A stretch of 60,114 bases of DNA, filler included, from Sphacelaria rigidula (lineage: Eukaryota): the NCBI GenBank assembly GCA_964200075.2. It is 10 parts of 10 records of this genome, joined end to end, with 100 filler letters (N's around TTAATTAATTAA, not from the genome) between each part and the next. Parts side by side here need not be neighbours in the genome. Positions count along the whole stretch, not along the records: positions 48,173 to 54,093 come from CAXNAA020023476.1; positions 54,194 to 60,114 come from CAXNAA020023477.1; 8 more parts are not named here. One strand, written 5' to 3'. Of the stretch, positions 49,780-60,114 are shown piece by piece. Numbering within the stretch: the first letter of the stretch is position 1; the number at the start of each line of letters is the position of its first letter. The notes below the pieces were generated by a model. The model had not been told where the DNA came from, did no database searches, and worked only from the letters and a program-made list of their open reading frames with translations. Both the position numbers and the translations under genes were made by a program.

Positions 49780-50355
49780 CCTTGCACGTGGGCCGACTTT
49801 GGGATATCCATAACAGGGTTCATACTTTATCAGGGTTATTCCTGTGTATATTTCACCCGGCACAACGTTCGACACTGTCCACGGTGCGCATTTTCGGACA
49901 CCTTGGTAGATGACATGGTCTATCGGGGTCTTGTGAAAAACGCAACCTTGGCAGGGTACTATTCCTTATACCCGGAAATGATGCATCCTTTCACAGGGTT
50001 AATGAAATCTGTCCCCTGCAGAAGATCTGATCCTGTGCACGGTCCATCCTTGCACACGGTTCATAACATCTGTCTCCCTGCACAAGGTATGACCCTGTGC
50101 AGGGTCCGAAGTTTTGGATACCTTGTTTAGTGGTAGACCCTGACAAGGCCATCGCAAAATTCAACCTTGGCAGGGTATCGCCCCTCCACCCTGGACAGGG
50201 GCCATCCTTGCACATCGTTCGTAACATCCGTCTCCCTGCACAAGGTCTGACCCTGTGCAGGATCCAAAGTTTTGGATACCTTGGTTGGTGGTAGACCCCG
50301 ACAAGGTCATCGCAAAAATCAACCTTGACAGGGTATTGACCTCCGACCCTGCAGA
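49780..50355. repeat. Degenerate tandem repeat, period about 158 bp
   Basis: CCATCCTTGCACA at about 50044 and 50202; AAGTTTTGGATACCTTG twice; more diverged units upstream. Confidence 0.88.
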
Positions 50356-51585
50356 CGGAGCCGAATGTCCACCTGTGAACGCCAACAACCAACAAGAGTA
50401 GTCCGCGACGCAGTCAAGGGCGGGTATAACCGCCAATCAACGTTATATCAAATGCGTTTCTGACACACTGGAATGATCATCCTTCCGTTTTCACGCCGAA
50501 GGTATACATGGCTATTACTCAGAGGATAAGCCTCTTTTCACTTGTTTGCAGGTTGACGGTTTCTCGTTGTCGCTCTCTCGCATTGGATTGATCACCGATA
50601 TTTTGCTGAAATGATCCGTCGTATCACACATGAGGATTTTTCCAATTTTAAAATTGGTTGTTGTCTCGGGCTATTCCAGATTCGGCATTAAATTTCTATG
50701 ACAAAAAACACTCTCGTTTTTTCCGGAATACTTTTGAAAAAACAAGCAGAACTTTTGAAAAAAACAGGGAGAACTTTTCGACAAACTGCTCAAAAAATGA
50801 TTCCATTATATGGAGTACAGCGTAGCATACTGAAAACAAGATAACTGTGCAGTGGTGTATGAAGTGCAGGGTACTACACAGAACACAAGACAACAGGGCA
50901 ATTCTGCAGTGTTTTTTTATTTTGGAACCTGAAGACGGCTTGTATACAGTATGCACCAGCTTCTCTTGTTGCTAAATTAATCTTGCCGTGGCCGCGAGCG
51001 CTGGCGCCGATGCCAACGGCAGCACCCGTCATGCTGACGGGTGCAAGCGGTACCCTGGCGGTGCGGTATATTCACAGTGTGCTGTGCGTCGCTCCTTTAA
51101 TTGGAGCATGGGGTCTGGCCTAGCCGGTCGAGCGGTGTATACTGGTGCTGGTTGTGTGCCTCTACCCAGCCGTGTTCGGAATCGCGCAAGTGATGGATCC
51201 GGGTGACATGAAATTTTCAACAGTCAACTGCGTACACAGCACTGATCTCTGACTGATACCAAATGTTACGGAGAGAGGAACAGAACAATAGAGCACATCA
51301 AGCAATCTCAGCGGGGATCAAACCATCTTCGCAAGGTCTTAACACACCCAGAACAGTGATAACTACAGCACATGAGAGCGGAAGTGAGTGTGTTTGTGCT
51401 GCAGTACAGGTAGACAAGACATGTCCCATGTGTTAGTTCTTCGGCTAATTTCAAACGGGGCGCTCACCACACCCATTTTGATTGCTAGCTATCGCAAAAA
51501 CCTGTGAGTACATCGAAAATGTCTACCGTACCCCTGAAAGGTCAAGCCGCCCAAGCGCCGGTTGCACCCCAGCGAGACAGCCACT

Positions 51586-51910
51586 CCAAGTAACACCCGT
51601 TCATAGGACTATGCAAACTCCATCCAACTCATTCTCAGCTACCACCGCAACCCTGCGGCATGGAGCACGAGTTGAGCACAGGGATAGATACACAAAAGTA
51701 GTTGGGTGTGCTTTGTTTATTTTTTGTTGGCGAAAACTTGCGCATCTTCTCTTATGGTAGTCATCAGGGACGGAACTGCGTGGTACGGTGAGCAACCGAG
51801 TTGCGTGCACGCTCATGGACAGTGTAGCGAGTACAAAGCTGCACGTTGCTGAAGTTATTTTCAAGTCGCATTGTAAGAAGAGAGAAGTGATAGTCTTTCT
51901 GCACTGCACA
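51586..51910 (+). repeat. Second copy of the 2277-2600 dispersed repeat
   Basis: Colinear match. Confidence 0.9.
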
Positions 51911-52231
51911 TTGTCCGCTTCCCCTTTTTCTTCTCCTGCACGAAGCACGCACACACGCACTCAAGTGGTAGGCTAAGACACCCTACTTGCAAGCAGTGCA
52001 AACAGTACAGACCGTATACCGCTTCACGAATTGCACTGTCTTTTTTCGATCGAAAGCTTGAAAATCCATCCGGACCCAACTGCATCAAAACGAGAATCTT
52101 TCGCTGAGGTCGCTTCCACTGCGTCATTTTTATTTTTCGACCGAAAAAAAGTGCTAAGACAGACCCTAACTCGCCCTGTTCTAGTGGATACATGAATCTT
52201 TTCAGCAATAAACGCTTGCAACGTGTGCCGT

Positions 52232-52440
52232 TGTAATGGGTGAGAGGACCGCGTGCTTAGAGGACTGGATCGGAATTTGGACATCCCTATGGTTAGGGTT
52301 AGGGTTAGGGTTGGTGTTAGGGTTATGGTCAGGGGCAGTACCTCCAGGGACTGACTCGATTGGTTTTGAAAAACGTCGATCCTGAGGTGTTTTGAACTAC
52401 GGCATGGTCCTCTAAGCACGCGGTCCTCTCACCCATTACA
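52232..52440 (-). mobile_element. Second telomere-repeat MITE copy
   Basis: Perfect 34-bp TIRs TGTAATGGGTGAGAGGACCGCGTGCTTAGAGGAC, internal (TTAGGG)n, CCGT duplicated on both flanks. Confidence 0.93.
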
Positions 52441-53065
52441 CCGTGACGAATGTCATGCGTCATGCAGCTTTCTCCCATGTGCGACATCGCCCGTGAAGCG
52501 AGCTGTTGAAGCTAACAGTGCCCAACCCTCTTCCCACGATGAACTCCTGTCTGAGCTCGAGATAATTGAAACTGCGCAACATGACTTCAACTAGTAGAAC
52601 GTACACCTCACCATGATCAAAGCTTTCATATTACAGCATCGAAAAGGAACAACACTGTGAGGGCGTTTGCCTGCTCTGTCCTTTTTCCATTCCATTCCAA
52701 AGTAAGAAAGGATAGGAAAATTGGAAGCGCGATGCGAAGCAGAGCAATCTGCTGATTATATTGATACCGTAATCCCAACTGTCATTACTTGGTGACCATG
52801 TCAACGCGCTCCGTCAAGTACTTTCCTATTGCCCACTCACTCGCTGCACCCCTACTCCCGAGGTGACTATCCCTGCTGGCACCGTTCCCTGTAATACCGC
52901 GCTACCTGTTGTGCTGCAGCGATCGATTGTATCATCGCTGTGGCTACTGTACTGTACTTCTGCACTACCATGGTGCAGAGCATGCATATTACTACTCATA
53001 TGGAAGTTTCTTTCTACCCGCGTCGTAGCTTTGCAACAATGCACAAAGTCTGAGCGGCAAGCTGG

Positions 53066-53807
53066 CAATGCTACGGTAGGGGTGCACTTTTCATAGCATA
53101 CACTTTCTGCGATAGTCGATCCCCCAAAAGTGGCTGGTTTGAGGAGGCAAAATCTACTCGTGAATCGAAATGAAAAAAAACGACCATAATAATGAGCAGC
53201 TGGGAATTCCCACGCTTGGGTTCATCCCCGCCAATGCCGCCCATATGCAGCTCACCATATGAGGCGCCGCATGCAGCCTGAAACCAAACATCAGGCGCTG
53301 TATTACCGTTCTTCGTGACAGTTTGAGGCTGTTTTTGTTTTTTGGGAGGGAGAGGTATCGCAGAAAGTGTCAACAGTAGACAGGGTGGAACCCTAGGGAG
53401 GTATCGGGATATACAAGGGGCCTCATCAAAACAGCACAGGAACCACAGCCCCCCGCCCCTCGCATCTACCCCAGTGCGACCACAAGAAGAATCGCCAGAG
53501 GAAAAATGGGGGCTTTCGTTTTCCCGACTACTGTACTGTAGAGCAATGCTACGTCAGGGGTGCACTTTTGGCGCAAAATCACGTCTTCTTCAGGGGCTCC
53601 TAGCGATTCTAGATGCCCAAGAATGTGGGTCAGGGCATGCCAGTGTGCAAATCCATTTGGGATATCCCAAGCACATTGGAACAGTGATCCTGGCGTACTC
53701 TCACATACTATATTTGATCTGTCGTGTTTTGGATGAGATAAGGTGCTGGCTCCTAACAATTTCAATCTAAGAAAATACCTACGGTATGCACCTCTACCGT
53801 AGCATCA
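53066..53807. mobile_element. TIR-element ends of the CAATGCTACGGTAGGGGTGCAC family (nested or adjacent copies)
   Basis: Left-facing ends at 53066 and 53541-53544, inverted end at about 53786-53807. Matches 1-67. Confidence 0.55.
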
Positions 53808-54193
53808 CACTCTACTACAATCAAGTTGCTTGAGGGGCTACGGCTCGTGAGGTCTAGTTGGTGGGACCTTGGGATATATGCGTACGGCAATCCCATCTCT
53901 TGTTGCGACCAGCATCGTGTTCAACCTACCCGTTGTGCGTCGAGGTATACTCCTTGTGTATGCGACATACATTATGGTGGTACAAGTCTCGGATCAGGCT
54001 ACTCCTACAACAGTACTGCACGGTGACGTCTGTTTCAGCGATGGGTATCTGCCCTGAGCAGTGCGTTTTCAGTGAAGAAGAAAGAAGCAGTTGNNNNNNN
54101 NNNNNNNNNNNNNNNNNNNNNNNNNNNNNNNNNNNNNTTAATTAATTAANNNNNNNNNNNNNNNNNNNNNNNNNNNNNNNNNNNNNNNNNNNN

Positions 54194-54419
54194 CCTTCCT
54201 TCTGCGGTGCTTGCCTTTTTATTTTATCGCGAGAGGGGTTCAGCAGTCCCTTTCCCTCGTCGAACGTTCAGTCGAATTTTGTGCACCCACGACATGGTCG
54301 CTCTCCACTGTTGGACACGTTGTGGGAAAAACTCCTAGATCGCTCCAGGAATTGAACCCCACTACTCAACCGTCAGAGGGTTTTGAAGTTACCAACTGAG
54401 CCACCGGGACGACCGGCTG
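54194..54419 (-). mobile_element. tRNA-derived SINE with colinear head
   Basis: A box TGGCTCAGTTGG (54392-54403) and B box GGTTCAATTCC (54348-54358) on the minus strand, followed by the family body. Confidence 0.88.
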
Positions 54420-54922
54420 CAATAGAACCATATTTCGAATATTTGGTGTGGATACGAAGATTTTAATTATCTGGGTTTTCATACTCAGTGGGAAGTTCCA
54501 TCCTCAATCGCGATGGTCGGCTGTTTGTAGCTATATTTTCAATCAATTACAGAATGAAGAACGGCAGTTGAGATTCGCAGCGAGAGAGGAGTGCAGGACA
54601 CAACAAGGTGGTGTTCTCCGGCGCACAATGTTTCGTGCATTCAAGACCATGCAATGGCATCATGCATTTCACTTGGGTAACCCAGACTAACCGAAAACGA
54701 CCCACATGTATGGGTGAAGAATCGGCCTGCCTGCGTGAATCAGCACTCGTCCGCAACTTGAGAACAGTTATACATGTTGGTGTAGAACAACACAATCCAG
54801 TGAGACTCCTACGTCCAATTATTCTATCATCACATCCGAACTATGAAGTATGTATATCGTGCAGCCTGTCTAACAGATGACATGTCGTTGTTCGATCTGT
54901 TCGCGCGTTCATGCGAATGCAG

Positions 54923-55039
54923 TACAGCATACTGACCAGCAATGCGCCAGGGGCGCAGTCGCTGAACCTCGACGAAATGCAGACCGACCTGGCCGTGTGG
55001 ATAAAGCGTGTGAAAAGCAAGGTAGCTGACCTCGTCAAG
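54923..55039 (+). CDS. Exon of an uncharacterised helical protein (…SLNLDEMQTDLAVWIKRVKSKVADLVK)
   Basis: Strong donor AAG|GTGAGT, phase 0. The exon starts at 54923 or 54928. Confidence 0.65.
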
Positions 55040-56201
55040 GTGAGTGTACCAGATGGAATATGGCTGTTATATTTTTGCCATATCACATCACGCCAGAGTG
55101 TATCCTTATCTTTTCACCAGCGGTTTCTGTACTTTCTGTATCTTTGTTGTCCTTTCACCTTCAACCAAACTTCTTCTGCCATGCAGCAAGTTTTTTTTTT
55201 CATTTCCGTTTTACTTTGAACCCCTCGCTGTCCTCCAGATGAGACCGTGGTTTCAAGAGATGAACCCATATCTCCCACGCTATGCCCCACAACTTGATAC
55301 CGCAGATTGGATCAGCACTTCCGCATCGCGTCAGCTTTTTCAAATATTCCCACCCTCACACCTTCAATGACGGGGACTCGATTCCTCTCGGAGATACCGT
55401 GTCTATTGGAGTTTGATCTCGCAGCCGTCCGTCGTAACCAGCTCTTTGTGTACGACTGTGAACACCGGAGCGCCGCGGCATCGTGTTTCCATTTTTTGAG
55501 CTGGGTTACTACATATATCCATCCTGTGTGACCATTTGTAGATTCAGAGCGCACCACGTAATAATGTGAGACGATCAATCCGGCCAACCAGTCACTCAAT
55601 CGTTCGTGGCGTCCACCTTCGACTTGTCGAAAACCCGGTAGTGCGGTACTATTGTTCCTCGTCGATTTGCACCTGAATCAGCCGTGCACAGGATTGCAGA
55701 GCACCTCGCGTTTTTTCCCACCTGCGGATGGGAATCTTCGCTACCAGAGGAACCAGTGCATTTTCTGTATCTCTACAAATGTCCGGGGTTCGCCTCATGA
55801 GAGGCTCGTGTGTCCTGACTGTGGATCTGAACGGGAACATACGTACAGTACGCATGGCGATGGTGGAGATGGTAGGGACGACGGAAACCCGACGGGCACG
55901 TGTACGAGTGTGTTTGGTATTAGCGGAAACTGTTATGGAAGATAACTATACGGAAACTACAACACCCTTCTCTCCTGCGACTCGATTGCATAACTGCAGC
56001 AGGACGCCGAAACTAATAAATAAATACTGTCGCACATATGGCCAGTCCAGCGTGCTATCGCTGGTGTGACACCAGCCTCATGATGTGCTGAAGTTGATCT
56101 TATTGGCCATATGATGTCTTACGCACGAATGCACATCTCACATATCCAGACAATACCGCCGAACCCCAACAGTCAGGAAGAAAATCGGCGGGTTCGAATC
56201 C

Positions 56202-56516
56202 CGATAGATACCGTTTTCACTGCTGTGTCGACATCCGGTTTACGTCCCCGAAAGCGTGCGGAAGCGATGAGTGGTGAATAATTTTCGACGAGCCTCGGAG
56301 AGTGGACGCGGTATACTGGGATGCTGCTCCAATTCGCGACACGAACTTGTATTAGCAAAGAACGCGATAGATACCGTGTTCACTGCGGCGTCAAAACCCG
56401 GTTTACGTCGGCGAACACGTGCAGAAAGAAGCGAGTAGCAAAGAACGTTCGACGAGTCTCGGAGAGGGGACGCGGTGCTGGCGTGCTGATCGAATCCGCG
56501 TTACCGACTTGTAAGC
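56202..56516. repeat. Diverged 163-bp tandem duplication
   Basis: CGATAGATACCGT.TTCACTGC at 56202 and 56365; TTCGACGAG.CTCGGAGAG.GGACGCGGT in both units. Confidence 0.88.
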
Positions 56517-56681
56517 CAGATAGGTACCGGAGCAGAGGCGGATTGATTCCTTGGTATATACATGGGCTCAGCCCAAGGGAGGGGTAGAGATATTACGACA
56601 TGTGCGACAAGTGCTGACGACGACTGTCTATTTCCCACATGTAACCGCGTGCCTTTTCGATTGATTGCTGCCTTTTCCCAG

Positions 56682-56786
56682 GAAGTCGAGGAGGAGTTCC
56701 AACGCCCCGCAAGTAGTCAAGCCCTCGTGGCGCTATTGGAAACCGCAACGCGGGATCTACAGGAGCTCCGCACCATGATAATAACC
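56682..56786 (+). CDS. Next exon of the same putative gene (EVEEEFQRPASSQALVALLETATRDLQELRTMIIT)
   Basis: Acceptor TTTTCCCAG, donor GTGAGT, 105 bp, phase 0-0. Confidence 0.72.
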
Positions 56787-59700
56787 GTGAGTCGCTCAGT
56801 CACAATGATGTCACAGTTCACTTGATGCAGAATTTCGAGAAATATTCAAAACAATACGTCCAAGTATACAATTGTCCCTACCGGCAAGCCTATGCCACTG
56901 TATTTTGTAGTCATGCTGTTAACATCTGAGAGTCACCCCCTTGCACCGAGGTGTGTTAACGAAAACACGTTCTGCGCACGCGAGGGGCAGTTGGGGCTGT
57001 CAGCCCCGCTAAAGATCCGAATATCGGTGTTCGAACTCAAATCAAGTAATAAATTTCCCGGAGTATTCTAGTCGACCAAGTGGTAACCACTACTGACCTG
57101 CGACTGTTGGCTGTCCGGTTTGCAGTGTATGCAGCATAACTTACCCTTGAACCCTTTTGGAACATTCCCCTCCCGTCCCCGGGCCAGACGCCTCATTATT
57201 TCAAGTTCTGACAGAGAGGAAAATATGGGAACAGAAAAAACCGACGGCAACCATTTTCACCGTGAAAAACCAAACAAGACTCCAGAAGTATACGTCATGG
57301 ATGCACCGAAAATGAAGCCTCGGAGCGGTCGGGTTGGGTTTGTCCGATAATACCACGCAACGGGCGAAGTTTGTCTAATTGTATGCGTCGACAGAACTCT
57401 CGCAAAACAGCACAGACTCCCATATGTGATCTTCGCCAGTGAGGAAAACGTCAACTATAGTTCGGTGCATGAATATGCCACATCAGTATATTTGAACTTA
57501 GACTGGTACGCTAGTATGCTTAAAATTAGAATGGTGCACCATTTTGGTGGGCTGCATCATCAAGAGACTTGGCCAGCGTAGGAAGCCACTCTGTACGGCG
57601 ACAATGATATGCCCGAGCAAGTGGAAATCCCATCACCGCATGTGGAATCGCTGAAGAGCGACCCATATGCAATTGATATACAGATGGAAGAGGTGGTTGA
57701 GAAGCAAGGCCAGGACACTGCTAGACGTTTCGCAGAAGAAGCTGCAAGAGCCGTTGGGGCAGCCCATTGCCCCCCGGCGCACCCCCTCCCCCCCCCCCAC
57801 TCGCCTACCGAACGTCAACACAATAACCGCGGTAAGAGAAAACGTCGCGAGGCACGCAGGATTGTGTAGGAGACACCAGGCGGACGTGATTGTAAGCGTT
57901 CAGACAGGCGATATACTAGCAAACGGTCGACAACCGACCGGGGAACAGCCTTTCGCAACCAGCCTACCCCAACTACAACTACACTCAGTAAACACATTTT
58001 ACTACAGTCCAGTAAAACTGAGTAACGATGTTACAGTCTTCCATCCAAGAAGACAGAAGGTGTGTAATATCATTGCATGAAATCCCAATGTCGCCCACGA
58101 GGACAGACGGTCCGAACGCAATAGCGCCAGCCGGGGTCATAAACCTCACGCAGCACAAAGTACGGCTGTGCAACGTTTAGGCATGGTGGACCCGCAGTAT
58201 GCAAGTGACGTCGTGGAAACGTACAGCACAAAGCGCAGGATGAGATATGCCGCAAAGTATCACAGCCTACGGAGTGACGGCCTGTATCGGATATACTAAC
58301 GTGACGACCCCCGCCTACGTTGCATCAGGGGTGTATATCACGGCGGGGTACACGACATCCTCGTCGCCGTTATGGAACGATCAAACCGCAGTGTGGTGTC
58401 GTATAAACGCGCACGATAAAGTACAGTAGAGTGCATGACGTGAGTTCACACTTGAAAAAGCTGAAAATATCATAATCACACGCAGTACAGAGGGGTAGGT
58501 GAACATATCCCCACATGGCCTGATGGCGACGGTCTCCGAGTACAGACAGTAGACGGGGGCATAACTGACGTAAATGTACCGTCCGCGTTGTGTTTGTTTT
58601 TGCCACGTAGGCGTAGGCTTGCTGTGATGCGGCACAAAGCATCAACTGCAAGGGGGGGGGCGTGCAGGTGCGGCGTGGAGATTGCTTCACGGAGGCCTAC
58701 CGTGCACTCTGGTCGGGGTTAGAAAACGCCGACGGGTCGAACATTTCGTCACACCCATGAAATCGGAAACCTTCTTTTCTTCCACGTTCCATTCGCACGG
58801 GTCTGAAAAGCACGTTTGGGCGAATTGTTTGCTCAAAGCCTGTAGAAAAACAATAATTTCTTGCCCCCAAAAACGTCAAATGTAAACCGTCAATTTTCCA
58901 TCACCGGTTCCAAAAGGGTTGAGTCGAATTACCCGTGGTGTCTTCCTAGTGCCTCATTGTCTGTGATGTATAGGGATCCGCAGGTAGCCGCGATCTCTGT
59001 CACTTCTGTTTCACTTCCTCATGTCGTCAAGGCCGAGCGGTCAATCACGGGAAGGCGGAGGAGGGGGGGAGGGGGGGGTGCACTTTTTGTTTTTTCAAAC
59101 AGTTTGGACAGCACTTCCTAGCAACCACGCACCGTACGCACCCGAGAACAATCTCTCATTGCTTTGAGTGCTACTTTTCTAGTTCAGCATTCCCTCTTTA
59201 TTGAAGCATAGTGCAAAGAGGTGGTACTGCACAACAGTACGGGTACAGCGTGAGGTGAACGATGTTCTCTAGGGAACAGACAGAACAGTTTGGAGCACTG
59301 CTCCGCAGGCCGTACACATTTGGACCCGAAAAACTTGCTTGCCTTGCTCCTGTCTATACACGCCTTGAACGTTTTTCATTTTGTTTTTGTTTCTATGACG
59401 AATTTTGTCTTGCCTTGTGTGCCTTCTTGGAATCATTCAACGGGTATTTTCGTCCCCTGTTATTGCCGCACCGGGTTATTATTATTATTATATCCATCAC
59501 ATTAGCTCGATCTTTCGAACCCGTGGTCACAGAGTGCAAGGAGCATACCACCAATATACCCATAACCCAAACAGCCCGCAGGGTTAATCGCCCCTATATT
59601 CTTACAGGCTTGATAACAGAGCTGGCACATGGGCGGGTGTTATTACAGAGCTCTATATACCGCATTGGTGCGATAGTTCCCCGTGTACACTATGCGTGGA

Positions 59701-60114
59701 GACTTAGTCAAATATTGTATCTAAGTAGTCATTTCGACATCGTGTCCCCGAGAGCCCTCTATAAATGAATCGATTGTCTTGCAGTACCTGTTTTACCTGA
59801 TTGACTGCGAATCTAGACGTGGTCGGAACGGGGATGTGGTCAAGGTACATAGCGAAAGGATTTGTCACAAAATTAAACTCGGGGAGGACGAGGGAAGAGT
59901 ATAGAGATCGAAAAACGAAATGTGCTAAGAACCAAAAGGTTCACGAAGACGCCAGGCAAAGCAACAGTCCTGGGCAAAACGAAACAACTCAAAACAATAA
60001 AGCCGACCACACCATTTACACTCACTCATATGCCCCGTGTCGCGATACATCCCCCCCCCTCCGAACGTATCATATTCCCCTCCCTCTCTCTTCATTTTAC
60101 ACCAGCCCAAACTC

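Overview
This window is not one locus. It is ten unrelated, size-sorted contigs of 5921-5922 bp joined by artificial 100-bp spacers (N44-TTAATTAATTAA-N44), so nothing can be inferred from adjacency across spacers. The DNA is eukaryotic: GT-AG spliced exons in long repeat-filled introns, Ty3/gypsy and probable copia relics, tRNA-derived SINEs and many TIR elements. A brown-alga/stramenopile origin is my inference from sequence style, not proven. Host coding content is sparse: two exons of a GT8 glycogenin-like glycosyltransferase, a multi-exon uncharacterised gene, two coiled-coil-like exons and one possible terminal exon. I see no prokaryotic system, CRISPR array, rRNA or intact tRNA, and I cannot claim a new biological system. 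The best candidates for something undescribed are small mobile elements: (1) a 354-bp element bounded by two palindromic TGT..ACA repeats with a 5-bp TSD and Pol III-like boxes; (2) a TGT..ACA MITE carrying telomeric (TTAGGG)n, present twice; (3) a SINE copy whose tRNA head is inverted in twin-priming geometry.
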